From contig OZ219785.1 in the NCBI GenBank assembly GCA_964291285.2, forward strand, positions 480,001-544,000: a stretch of 64,000 nt of DNA, in the 5' to 3' direction. The position numbers and the translations under genes are program-made. The notes below the pieces were generated by a model. The model did not search any database, was not told the DNA's origin, and was given only the letters and a program-made list of their open reading frames with translations. Positions 19,559 to 30,133 of the stretch are shown here, piece after piece. Position 1 is the first letter of the stretch; each line of letters opens with the position of its first letter. Source of the DNA: Alphaproteobacteria bacterium. Lineage in GTDB: Bacteria > Pseudomonadota > Alphaproteobacteria > Bin95.

Positions 19559-20659
19559 TCAATGGATGAACGGCAGCATCGAGAAGCGCGCCCGCTGCGT
19601 GTAGCGCTCCCACAGCTCGCCATATTTGGCGCGGCAGCGGCGCTCATCGCGTCTCGAGCGGTGCCACAGGAGACCCGCCAGCCACGCGGGCAGCAGGTAG
19701 GGCCCCCAGGATGCGAGCCCGGTGGTCAGCGCGAAAGCGAGATAGATACAGATCTCGCCGGTATAGTTGAGGTGCCGTCCGATACCCCAGAATCCGGAGA
19801 CCAGGAGGCGCCCGTCCAGGGTCCGGGCGGGTTGCCCCCAGATCCTGATATCGGGGTCGCGCTTGAAGCGGTGCTTCTGCTGGTTGGCGCCGCGGAAGAG
19901 CCAGAAGCCGAAGGCGAACAACAGGACGATGGCCGCCGCGGCGGCCGGAGACAACGGGTCCGGCGCGTGAACCAGCCACCAGCCGGGAAGGCAGTAGAAG
20001 AACGGCACCAGCACGTAGTCGCCCCAGACCAGCATCCATCCGAAGCGCTCGCTGATGATGTCCCAAGTGTGGATCATGCCGTGCTCGAACTGGAAGTAGT
20101 TGAGCACGTAGAGGAAGGTGAACGCCTGATAGAGCGCCATCGCCAGGGTAAGCTCGCCATAGGTTTCCCACTGCACGACGGCGAAGGAGGCGTTGACGAG
20201 CGCCAGACCGATGAGCGAGGGGCGGTAGCTGAAGAGCTTCAGGTCGATCCCGAACCAGACCGGGCCGGCATCGACGCCGCCGAAATAGCCCCGCCAGAAT
20301 CCCGGCGCCGCGCCGGGCGCCCGCATCCCCCGCCAATACAGCCAGCCGGCAAGGGCGAAGGCGAAGGCGTTCGCCGCCACGAACAGGGCGGCGAAGTGGG
20401 TGTAGAGCACCGAAAGGGAGAACCAGCCGAGGAACTGGGCGAGGCCCGCCGCGAGCGCGGCGATCAGGAAGAGCGCGAGGCCGTTCAGCTTGTAGATGCG
20501 CTCATTGCCCTCGGCGTCCGGCCCCGCGATGCGGCGGCCGGGAAGGAGCATCGAACCCAGGAACAGCAACGCGACGAACGCCAGCGCCATTGCCGCCGCT
20601 TCGAGCAGCGCTCCGCCCGACAGCGCGGACGACAGGAGGAACGCTTCAGGCGGGGACAC
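19559..20659 (-). CDS. ERG4/ERG24-family sterol reductase (probably Delta14-reductase)
   Basis: Polytopic membrane protein; TWDIISERFGWMLVWGD, ANQQKHRFK, LLVSGFWGIGRHLNYTGE, RDERRCRAKYG. Confidence 0.88.
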   Translation of the reverse strand: MSPPEAFLLSSALSGGALLEAAAMALAFVALLFLGSMLLPGRRIAGPDAEGNERIYKLNGLALFLIAALAAGLAQFLGWFSLSVLYTHFAALFVAANAFAFALAGWLYWRGMRAPGAAPGFWRGYFGGVDAGPVWFGIDLKLFSYRPSLIGLALVNASFAVVQWETYGELTLAMALYQAFTFLYVLNYFQFEHGMIHTWDIISERFGWMLVWGDYVLVPFFYCLPGWWLVHAPDPLSPAAAAAIVLLFAFGFWLFRGANQQKHRFKRDPDIRIWGQPARTLDGRLLVSGFWGIGRHLNYTGEICIYLAFALTTGLASWGPYLLPAWLAGLLWHRSRRDERRCRAKYGELWERYTQRARFSMLPFIH

Positions 20660-21731
20660 CGCCGTCCCCGGACCCGCGGGCCAGAGTTTCCCGCCACTTG
20701 CGCACCGTCACTTCCTGAAAGGCCCTGACCACGGGATTGAACTCGACGGGGCGGGCGTCCCAGTGTTTCTCGTAACCCTCTTGCTCCGCTTCGAGCGCGA
20801 ACCGGTCCTGGTCGAGCAGGGGGGCGATCAGCATACGGTTGGAGATCTTCATGACCGCGGTCATGGCGAAACGCGGAATGCGCACCGGCAGGAACGGAAT
20901 TTTCAGAGACTTGAAATAGAACAGGAAGAACACCCGGGTGGTGCGCTCGTCCATGGGCAGCACGAACAGCCAGTGCTTGATTGCGTCATCGGTGTTCGAC
21001 CACTGGTAGGGATATTCGTAGCAGAGCTCCATGCGGTTGGTGTTGAGCCGCTCGTGGTCCACGAACAGTCCTGAAATGCGCCCGCGCCCGACCCGGGTAT
21101 CGTAAGCGAGATGCACATTGTCCCCGACGGTTTCGCAGGAGGCGAGCGTGGCTCCGTCGAAGGGCCGGTAGCGGCGGTGCAGATGCGCGTGGGTGAAGTC
21201 GCTCACATTGTCGATCACCATCGAGTGGTGCGCCGACCACGTGAAGCGCAGCGGCACGCAGGTCCAGCGCCCGGGCCCCTCCAGTTCGGGAATCTCCGGG
21301 ATCCGGTGCTGTTCCGCCTGCTCCGGGTCGCCGGGGAAGAGCCACACCAGCCCGTAGCGGACCTTTACCGGGTAGGTCTTGAGCGCAAGCCGCGGAAAGC
21401 TCCGCCCGTTGCCGTCATAGGGAACCCCGGCGGGCCGTTCCCTGCCGCCATATTCCCAGCCGTGATAGGCGCACACCAGCCGGCATCCCTCCACATGGCC
21501 GATGGAGAGCTTGAGCTGGCGGTGCGCGCAGCGGTTCTCGATCGCCTGGAACGAGCCGTCCGTTCCCCGGAACAACGCAATCGAATGTTTCCAGAAGACG
21601 ACCTCGACCACCGTCCCCGGCTTGACCCGGCGCACTTCCTCGACCGCATACCAGTAATTCGGGTCCATGCCCGCGGCGCGCGCCTGCTGGCGGAGCGTGC
21701 CGGCCTCCTCGAAGCAGGGCGGCGGCCTCAT
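20646..21731 (-). CDS. Rieske non-heme iron oxygenase, SdmA-like sterol C-4 demethylase component
   Basis: Rieske CAH...CAYHGW, mononuclear Fe motif DNVSDFTHAHLH; SdmA identity inferred from position in the sterol operon next to an SDR. Confidence 0.75.
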   Translation of the reverse strand: MRPPPCFEEAGTLRQQARAAGMDPNYWYAVEEVRRVKPGTVVEVVFWKHSIALFRGTDGSFQAIENRCAHRQLKLSIGHVEGCRLVCAYHGWEYGGRERPAGVPYDGNGRSFPRLALKTYPVKVRYGLVWLFPGDPEQAEQHRIPEIPELEGPGRWTCVPLRFTWSAHHSMVIDNVSDFTHAHLHRRYRPFDGATLASCETVGDNVHLAYDTRVGRGRISGLFVDHERLNTNRMELCYEYPYQWSNTDDAIKHWLFVLPMDERTTRVFFLFYFKSLKIPFLPVRIPRFAMTAVMKISNRMLIAPLLDQDRFALEAEQEGYEKHWDARPVEFNPVVRAFQEVTVRKWRETLARGSGDGGVPA

Positions 21732-22888
21732 GTCGCGCTCCCGCCGGGCACCGCATGCAAGCCCTGGCGCGGCGCGGGAGGTTCCGCCTCTCTCGCCGCG
21801 CGTTGCTCCGGGGCGTCGGCGCGCGGCGGTTTCGCGGACGGATTTACGATCGCGTTGCGGCCGTGGTGGAACGCGTAGGCTTCGTGAACCGCGTCGCGGA
21901 TGCCGGTCGGCCGGTAGCCGAGCTCGCGCTGCGCCTTGCCGGTGTCGGCATGGCGGCGCTTTTTCAGCAGGCGTATGGCGCCGGGGGTGAAACGCTGGGG
22001 AAAGTCCGGGTGGAAGCGGCTCAGGTAGGAGCTCGCCACTTCCGAAAAGGCGAGCATCAGGGGCGCCGGAATCCGCCGGCGCGGCCTCGGGACGCCCGAG
22101 ACCTCCTCATACAGGCCCACGATCTCCGAGATGGTCTTGTACTCGCTGCTGAAGATGTATTTCTCGCCCGAGCGGCCATGATGCATGCACAGCAGGTGCC
22201 CCTCGACAATGTCGCGCGCCGCGACGAACTCGAACCCGCCATCGATATAGGCATGAAGCTTGCCGTTGGTGTAGTCGCACAGGGTCCTTCCCAGCCGCGA
22301 GGGCAGATAGTCGGCGCCTCCCACCACCGCGCAACAGGTCGCGACCACGACATCCTGCCCCGTGGCCGCCGCGCGCCAGCATTCCTGCTCAACCAGCGAC
22401 TTGCTGCGCTCGTAGGGCATCGTGCGCTCCATGGGATAGAACGGCATCGTCTCGTCGCTGGGCGCGGACGGATCGTCCGGATCGTAACCGACCGCGCTGA
22501 AGGAGCCGGTTACGACCACGCGCCCGGCCTCGGCCTCCCGCGCCGCCTGCAGCACGTTGCGGGTGCCGCGAACATTGCACTCGAACAGCTCCCGGCGATG
22601 GGCGCGGTTGCCCCCGACGGTCGAGATCTTGGCCGCGACATGATAGACGCCCTGACATCCGGCGAGCGCCTGCCTGGTGGCATTCAGGTCCCGGATGTCG
22701 CCGAACACGCGCTCCACATCGAGGCCTTCCAGCGCCTCATTATTGTCCTCATGCCTCAGCAACACCCGGACCCGCACGCCGTCGTCGAGCAGCCGGCGCA
22801 CGAGATTGGCGCCGACATGTCCGGCCGAACCGGTAACGAAAACGGGCGGCATCGACGAACCCGCCGGCATGCTCGACCGGGACGTCAT
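21728..22888 (-). CDS. Extended SDR / 3-beta-HSD-like protein, SdmB-like decarboxylase-reductase
   Basis: VTGSAGHVG, NVRGTRNV, TGS, YERSK catalytic motif; ATGA overlap with the Rieske gene; start may be 22870 or later. Confidence 0.75.
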   Translation of the reverse strand: MTSRSSMPAGSSMPPVFVTGSAGHVGANLVRRLLDDGVRVRVLLRHEDNNEALEGLDVERVFGDIRDLNATRQALAGCQGVYHVAAKISTVGGNRAHRRELFECNVRGTRNVLQAAREAEAGRVVVTGSFSAVGYDPDDPSAPSDETMPFYPMERTMPYERSKSLVEQECWRAAATGQDVVVATCCAVVGGADYLPSRLGRTLCDYTNGKLHAYIDGGFEFVAARDIVEGHLLCMHHGRSGEKYIFSSEYKTISEIVGLYEEVSGVPRPRRRIPAPLMLAFSEVASSYLSRFHPDFPQRFTPGAIRLLKKRRHADTGKAQRELGYRPTGIRDAVHEAYAFHHGRNAIVNPSAKPPRADAPEQRAAREAEPPAPRQGLHAVPGGSAT

Positions 22889-23119
22889 CGCAGCCGCGTT
22901 CCGCTAAAGGGAACGGTGAGCCAGTCTAGTTCCGCGAGACGGGGACGGAGTCTTGCCGACAATGCCGCTCACTCACCGGCCGGTATCGCAACGGCAAGCA
23001 TATCGATTCGAATCCGCGCCTGTTTGCACTCTGAAATATCGCGGGTTCTTCATGCCTATACCTCACATCTTCGAGAAGACCACGGTATCGGCCGACCAAT
23101 ATGAAACCAGACGCCACAA

Positions 23120-23147
23120 AGCGTATCGAAATTTACCTGATTGTCAA
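23120..23147 (-). promoter_or_regulatory. Candidate sigma70 promoter of the sterol operon
   Basis: Minus strand TTGACA-16 nt-TACGCT in an AT-richer patch about 230 nt upstream of 22888. Confidence 0.45.
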
Positions 23148-23318
23148 ATGCAACATGCCTATAACGCTCACCATTCGCCCGGAAAGCGAACGCCCGACCC
23201 GGGAAACCCCCTTGCGTCATCCCGGCCTCAGTCCGCCCCGGCGCCCGGAGCGGCCCGGGCGCCATGCCGAGCACATGAAAAAGCCCTCGAAAACTTCAAT
23301 GTTTCCAATGGCTTTCAG

Positions 23319-23363
23319 TAGTTTCGGGGGCAGGATTTGAACCTGCGACCTTCAGGTTATGAG
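23319..23363 (-). mobile_element. 3' half of tRNA-fMet(CAT), att-like remnant (not an intact tRNA)
   Basis: Reverse complement CTCATAACCTGAAGGTCGCAGGTTCAAATCCTGCCCCCGAAACTA = anticodon loop, T arm and degenerate acceptor 3' strand; 5' half absent. Confidence 0.85.
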
Positions 23364-23489
23364 ACCCGTCTTTATCTTGCGGCCACGCGCGGCCACCGAG
23401 TTCTTTTCTCGTGTTGATCGTTGTGTCGACGGATTTTCCGGCGATCTTACAATGGCGGCATGCCAGAAAAACCCGGAAAACGCGTCGCC

Positions 23490-24682
23490 AGGGTGCGCAC
23501 GACGATTACCAGGCGGGCCGTCGAGGCGTTCCAGCCGGGCACAAGCCCTGGATCTCCTAGGACGACAAGCTGACCGGTTTCGGCGTTCGCATCCAGCCAA
23601 CGGGGACCAAGGTCTTCCTCGTCAACTACCGCGCCGGCGACGGTGGGCGGAAGCGCCCAACAAGCGGGTCGCGATCGGTTACTACGGCAAGGTCACCGTC
23701 GAGCAGGCCCGGAAGCTGGCCCAGAACCTGCTCGGCCAGGTCGCCGGCGGCGCCGGTCCCGCCTATGAACGTGCCAAGGCGCGCGCGATGCCCACCCTCG
23801 GCGAGGCCTTCGAAGAGTACATGGCGGTCAATCCCAACCGTTCGAAACGGACCGGCGAGCTCTACCGTTACGAGGCGAACCGCTACCTGGGCGACTGGCT
23901 CACGCGCACTCTCGACTCCATTGCCCGCCGGGATGTCGAGATGAGGTTCAACAGCATCACCGCGGACCATGGATGGTCACCGGCCAACCGGGCAATTTCA
24001 TTGCTGCGCTCCGTCTATCGCCGGCCCTGCGTCGACTACGAAGGGCTGCGTCCCCCTGGAGCTTCCGACCACCCGGCAACTCGCGGTCATTCTCGAGCGC
24101 CGGCAGGCCGAGGCCGGCGACTACCCGGTCGAGGCCCGCGGCTGGGCGTTCCCCTCGCGCACCGCCGCCACCGGCCATGTTCAGGACCCGGATCACCTCT
24201 AATACCAACGGTCGTTGATTGGAACCTATAGCAGAGCCTCCCTCCGCAGCTCGCCCCCTGAGCCGAGGCCTCCTACTGCAAGAGGTAATCTCCGCCGAGA
24301 GAGGCTAATCGGTTCTTATCTGTGGCCGGTGGTATAAGCCCGCATCGGCAAGACCGGCGGCACCAAGTTCTGGTTCCACGGGCTGCGGAACAGTTTCATC
24401 ACCGTGGCCGAGCGCGAGCTGATGCTGCCGCCCTCACTGGCCAAGCGGCTGGTCAACCACGCCCGGCCCAACGATGTCACCGAGGGCTATGCGGCCGACT
24501 GGACCATCGCGCAGCTTCGGGAGCCGGCTCAGAAGATCGCCGACCGGATCGAGGTCTTGACCCGAGAGCCGCAAGCTCCCTGGCCAGTGCCCGCGGCAAC
24601 TCGGCTGAGGCTGTCGGAACTCTCGAACCGTACCGCGAGCCATCGCTGCGGCCGTGCCCCTACCACCGCACCGAGCCCCTGA
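23490..24682 (+). pseudogene. Degraded tyrosine integrase (arm-DNA-binding plus catalytic domains)
   Basis: Fragments in several frames: (TAG)DDKLTGFGVRIQPTGTKVFLVNYR, KRVAIG...VEQARKLA, WAFPS, FHGLRNSF, LVNH...TEGY; premature stop, frameshifts, internal deletion, insertion; 5' boundary approximate. Confidence 0.85.
24203..24334. mobile_element. 132-bp MITE / internally deleted IS (IS630-like ends)
   Basis: Imperfect terminal inverted repeats (TACCAACGGTCGTTGATTGGAACC vs TACCACCGGCCACAGATAAGAACC), TAA on both sides; removal rejoins the integrase frame. Confidence 0.7.
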
Positions 24683-27600
24683 GCGTCGCGCCGTGCTCGG
24701 CCGGATCGGCGGCGCTCTTGCTCCGCGTGCCTTCGAGACCCAGGCTCACATTGGGCGCGAGGTTCCAGCGCGCGCCCGCGCGCCACGTGCGCGCGTCGTC
24801 CCCGGCCAGCCCGAGCGCCGCATAGGGCGTCAACACCCCGAGGCCCGCCGGGCCGCCGAGCCCGTAGCCGACCTCCGCGTCCAGGCGGCTCGACAGCTCC
24901 GCATTGTCGTTCGCGGCCAGCGCGTAAGCGTCCGGCATCGTCCACAGCCGCTCCGAGCCGCCCGCGTCCGCCCCCCAGGACGGCGTGAGCGACAGCGTCA
25001 GGCCGCGCCCCTCGCCGCCCGGCTCGAGCCTGAACGAGCCCGACACGCCCCATTCGCGGTAGCCGTCCCCGGCGTGCCCCGCAAGACCGTGCACGCGAAG
25101 CGCCATGTCCAGGCCCCGCGACGGGTCCGCGTAGCCGACACCGGCGCCGAGCTCCATGCCCCTCCCGGTCTCCGCGTCGCCCCCGTCATGGCGCACACCG
25201 AGCGCCACCGACGGCGTCAGGGTGCCGCCCGCGAGCGCGAACGTCCGCGAGCCGTCGAGCACCGCCCGCACCCGGCTCGCATCGGCACGCGCGCCCGCGA
25301 GGTTCCCCGCGCCCGGCGCAGACACCGCCTCCGACTCCGTGCGCACCCAGAACGCATCCGCCTTCAAGGCCAGCGCGAACCCGCCCGCCTCGGCGGGCGT
25401 CACCAGCTCGCCCCGCACGCCCGCCGCCGCCAGCGTCATCGACAGGTCGGCGGCGTAGCGCTCCGCCGCGCCGCCGTCGAGGTCCAGCGTCAGTTCGCCG
25501 GAGCCCGTGCCCGCCAGACCCCACGCCGACACCCGCTCCGAGAGCGCGAGCCGCGCATAGGGAAGCATCGTCGTGACCGAACTCCCCATCAGGTAGCTCC
25601 GCTCCGCTCCATGCGCCGTGCCCTCGGCGAGGCTGTGCGTCATCGCGAACCCGGTCAGCAGGCGGCCATACTCGTAGTCCATGCCCATCGCCCCGGTCGC
25701 CGACTCGCCGCTCAGACTGAGCCCGGGAACGGCGCCCGAGAACCGCGACACCGACGCGCTCTGGCCCCAGCTCGTGAACTGCGACCCCGCGCCCTGCCCG
25801 AGCACCGCGCGGAACGACGTCCCCATCAGCAACGCGCGCGCGTCCATCGTCCGCGACGTGCCCGCGTCCGGGTCCTCCGACCAGGCCAGCCAGTCCGCGC
25901 TACCCGCCGGCGTCGGCGGCAGTCCGGCGCCGGAGCCGTCCAGCGACAGGCGATGTCCGCCCAGCGTCACGTGCGAGCCCGCCTCGCGCGGCGTCTCCAG
26001 GCGCGCCGTCACCGCCGCGACGGTGTCGGACGCCACCGTGCGCCCGAAGCGCGCGAGCCACGCAGCCGGTATCGGGTCGCTGTTCTGGATCGTGCCCGTC
26101 GCCTGGGCCCGGCCGATGTCGATGGTCTTCGATGCGTCGTTGCACAGCTCCGCGTTGCTGATCTTGACCTTCACCGTCTCCCCGGGGTCGTTGATAGCGT
26201 CATCCAGGATGTATACAAACTCGGTCCACTCGGTCACCCCGGCCTGCTGCCACAGCGTCGACTTCGGGCGCGCCAGGAAGTCCTCCCCCTCGGTCGCCGT
26301 GCCCGTGGTGAGCGTCTCGAAGTCGTAGCAGACATTGTCTTCGAGCGGCCGCGACAGCGTGACGGTGAAGTGCATGAAGCCGTTGCGCTCCCGCATGCTC
26401 GTGTCCTCGATGCGGAGGTTCACGTTCGGCACCGCCGTCGTGCTGGTCGTCGGCGCATCGATCGTCCCCGTCGCTTCGGCCGTGGTGATCGTCAGCGGCC
26501 CGAACGCCGTCCCGCGGTCGGTGACGACCCGCGCATTGCTTATCTCCACCTTCACCGTCTCGCCCGCGTCGCTCGCGGTATCCTCGATCAGCCCTACCGG
26601 GGCCGCCACGGTCGTCTCCCCCGGCCGGATGAACTTCGTCGTATCGACGACCGGGCGGTAATCGGCGTTTGCGGTGGCGGTGCCGCCCGCAATGGTCCTG
26701 TAGTCAAACGCGATGCGCGACTGCGTGGCCCGCGACAGGGTGACGTCGAAATTGAGAACGCTGGTGTCCTCGGTTGCGCTCGCGTTTGCGATCGAGAGGC
26801 TCGGCAGGTTGCTGCCGTCGAACGGGGCCGTATCGGGGGTCAGGGTCAGCACCGGCGGGCTGGTGAGCTGAACCGTCCCGTCGCACAATGCGCCCTGCTC
26901 GCTGCAGGGGCGGTTGCCCCGCAGCGTGACGGTGACGGGCTTCGTCTCGTCGTCGGCGACCGCCGTCATGCGCCAGTGGTTGCTGTAGAGGCGCTGCTGC
27001 CCCCCCTCGGTCCTGCGGTCCTTGTGGATGCGCTTCGCCTCGGCCATGTACCCGTTCGTCACGCTGAAGGCATGATCGCGCATATCCTGGAACGGAATCG
27101 CCACGGCCTCGGACAAGGTGAGCTCGAACCGGTAGAACAGGTTCCGCCCGACGAAGGATTCGGGAGAGGCGAGCGTCGCCGTGAAGTGCGACAGGACGCT
27201 GCCCTTCACGTTCATCCTGATGGAATTAGGGCCGGACCTGTTTCCGCTAAGCCGGTAAGAGTCTTCGATCGACCATCCTTCGGCGCCCGTCTGGGCATCG
27301 CTGCCAAGAATACCTAGTTGCAAATCGGCCCCGTCGTTGCCTGTGCTAACGAAATTCACCAAATACCTGGTATTCGGAAGTAATAAGGCGCCCTGAAGTT
27401 TCTTACTCCATTCCCATTCAGCGGAGACGGAGTGCTCAGCGTGGCCACCAGATCTCCCACTTTGTTGGGAGCGCTGTTGTCGAACCTGTGAATCGACACC
27501 GTAACCGTCTCGCCACTCGAAAAGTAGTTCCGGTGAATGTGGAGCCCAACGGAACTCACCTCGTAGCCCGCGGCGTTCCCGGTGTTGAATCCCTGCGTCA

Positions 27601-27790
27601 GTCTGCCGGACGACAGGACTCCAGCCGTCACAGCGTTGGTGCGAGATTGGCCTGTATTGCTGACGAGCGTCGTCTGCGCATGGGCCTCCTGGGGCAGGGC
27701 CCACAGCGCGGCGAGCAGCACGAGCGCAAGGCCGGCGCCCGCGCGCGGCGCAGCGCCCAAATGCAGCTTCCCGACAGGGATCGCGGCCAT
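24660..27790 (-). pseudogene. Autotransporter/adhesin with two Calx-beta-like domains, frameshifted near 27385
   Basis: Signal peptide (EAHA/QTTLVSN) in ORF 27356-27790 continues in another frame; Calx-beta-like repeats (FDVTLSR...YRT...TATANADY; FTVTLSR...TATEGEDF); WLARFGRTVA linker; beta-barrel ending VRW. Confidence 0.75.
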
Positions 27791-27958
27791 CGATCCACTC
27801 CCCCGCTGCGCCGCGCGGGCCCGGAACCGGCCGGTCCCTGGACCGCGACGGATTCCTGACAGTGGAAGCGTAAACCGCCCCGAACGCCTATAGAATCCTC
27901 CAATAGTGGAGGTAACGGGACCGCGCCCGGAGAGCCAGCGCCGGCTGCCGGCGGCCCC

Positions 27959-29107
27959 TCAGCGCCGCGGCAGGGCGTCCACCGCCAGGACCCGCCGCAC
28001 CAGCTCGACCTGCTGCCCCGATATGCCGAGCTTCCGGTAGACCCGCTTGACCAGCCAGCGCACATACTCCTCCGACCAGCCCTGGTCCGCGGCGATCTCC
28101 TGCACCCGCAGGCCCTCGGCCAGCCGCGCCGCCATCCGGCTCTCGGACGGCGTCAGGCCGAGCGCCGCCGCCACCCGCGCCGGGTCGATGCGCGCGCGCC
28201 GCGCCGGGTCGACCACCAGCACCAGCGCCGCCACCCGGCGCCCGCCGAAGTCCGCTTCCGCGTCGCCCACCGGCATGACGTGCAGCGCCAGCCGCGACTG
28301 GCCCGAGGGGCGCTCGACCGTCATCGAGCCGCCGCCCGGGGGGACGCCCCGCCAGTCCGGCAGCGCGCGTGCCAGCAGTTCGCGCAGGCGGCGGCTGTCC
28401 GCCGGCAGCCGGGCGTCCAGCACGTCGTGGCGGTCCACCAGCCCGTCGCCGCGGCGCAGAATCTCCAGCGCCGGCGCGTTGGCCTCCACAACGCGCCCGC
28501 CGCGGTCGAGCTGCACCGCGCCGATGCGCTCGCTGTCCAGCAGGCCCGCCAGGCCGGCGCCCAGCGCCCCGGCCGCCGCCAGCGCCTGGCGCATGCGGAC
28601 GAACTGACGGACATGCGGCAGCAGGCGCTCGATCAGCCCCATCCGGGCAGGCTCCCAGCCGTCGCCGCCGACGGGATCGGCGAGGCTCCACACGAGGCGC
28701 AGGCCATCCGGGTCGCTGAAATGCGCGTTCAGGCCGTTCTGCGCGCCCAGCCGGCGCCATCCCTCGTTGTATACCGGCGACGTCCTGCGCTCCTCCTCGG
28801 TCCAGAGGTCGGGGAGATGCACCAGCCGGCCTTCGGGACGGCCCATGAGGCGGTGCATGCCCGCGTCGTGGGGGTAGTAGGCCTCGAAATACTCGCGCGC
28901 CAGCTCCTGCCGGCACTCGCCACGGTAGAGCAGGCGGGCGAAATGGATGCGGTCCCCGCCGCCGGTCCCTTCGCCGACGGTCAGGGCGTTGCCCGCGGCG
29001 CCGCAGGCCTCGTCGATCACGGCCGAGGCGGCGGGCCAGCGGGCGTCGTCGAGGGTGGCCTCGTGCAACGACGCGAGGATGCGCTCGAAGGCATCGTCCG
29101 GGTTCAT
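27959..29107 (-). CDS. LuxR-type HTH transcriptional regulator with PAS-like region
   Basis: LDRGGRVVEAN; C-terminal LGLTPSESRMAARLAEG...EIA...VKRVYRKLG. Confidence 0.85.
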   Translation of the reverse strand: MNPDDAFERILASLHEATLDDARWPAASAVIDEACGAAGNALTVGEGTGGGDRIHFARLLYRGECRQELAREYFEAYYPHDAGMHRLMGRPEGRLVHLPDLWTEEERRTSPVYNEGWRRLGAQNGLNAHFSDPDGLRLVWSLADPVGGDGWEPARMGLIERLLPHVRQFVRMRQALAAAGALGAGLAGLLDSERIGAVQLDRGGRVVEANAPALEILRRGDGLVDRHDVLDARLPADSRRLRELLARALPDWRGVPPGGGSMTVERPSGQSRLALHVMPVGDAEADFGGRRVAALVLVVDPARRARIDPARVAAALGLTPSESRMAARLAEGLRVQEIAADQGWSEEYVRWLVKRVYRKLGISGQQVELVRRVLAVDALPRR

Positions 29108-30133
29108 GGCGCGTCGTTCCCTTGCCCGGCGCTCCGATCCAAGCGAATCGCAAACCGGGCCCGGCGCAGCCGGCCGGGGAAGGGGGCACGCTGGCGCGTC
29201 CCGCGGCCAAGATTGCGTCTGGCTGTCCGGCTGTCGTCGCTTCGCGCGGTCATCGCCCGGTTCCCGCGTATCCCGGCAAGGGCACGGCCGAAGGGGTCGC
29301 GCCACGGAGTCAGGTGGGAGCGCGGGCCTGCCGCCGCTAATTGGATTTGCCGATCGACACGATTTGAAATCCTTATCTCGTGCCGCAAGCCGCCACTGCG
29401 CCGGCCCGTCCGGCCTGCCTCCTCGCCTTTCCGATTCTCCCCGTTAGCCGCCCAGCGCGGAAAATGAAAATGCCGATTCGTTCAGGCTTCATGCCCACGA
29501 GGTATAGGGTGGGGCGCCGGTGATTTCGCCGACCGACCCTTTCCCGTTCCGCCGCCGCGCATTCCGGGCAGTTCCGAACCGGCCCGGCTCCACACGCTCG
29601 GACAGGCCGCCTCGTCAAGATCGGTTACGGCCTGTATGCCCGCACCGCCATTTCGCTCATAGCGCTCGAGTTTCAGGAGCGCGCAACGAGCTCGGCATGG
29701 GCGCGCAAATTGGTGAATATTTCCGCGCAGAGCGCGGGCATTTCGACACGGTGTCCCATTTACTGCCGCTGCGAGCTGCAGCTTCACGAAGACCCCCGTA
29801 AGGACGATCACACCGAATGGGGCCCCGACCGATCAGCGCCCATTTCACGCGGCCGAACGGCTCTGACCTTTAGGTTCTTCCCCTGACGGTGTTGATCCCT
29901 GCGAGGCGCTTCACGCGTGACGGTTTGCTCGGGGAGCGGAGCGGCCATACACTGCCAACCGGGGTCACATGTATGAAAATACAACGTTATTTCAACACGG
30001 TACGATATTTCGACCTGTGCCCGCTGCTCTGCTGAAGCACTCCCTGGCGGAGCCAGGCGCGGCCATTTGTGGACAAAAGATGTATCCCGCGAGCTGCCTC
30101 GTGTGTTGATACAAAGCCGATGCTCGACGGAGC

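Noticed and set aside
23319-23363. Intact tRNA-Met gene
   Set aside because: Similarity stops at the anticodon loop; the D arm and 5' acceptor strand are absent and the 3' end is mutated.
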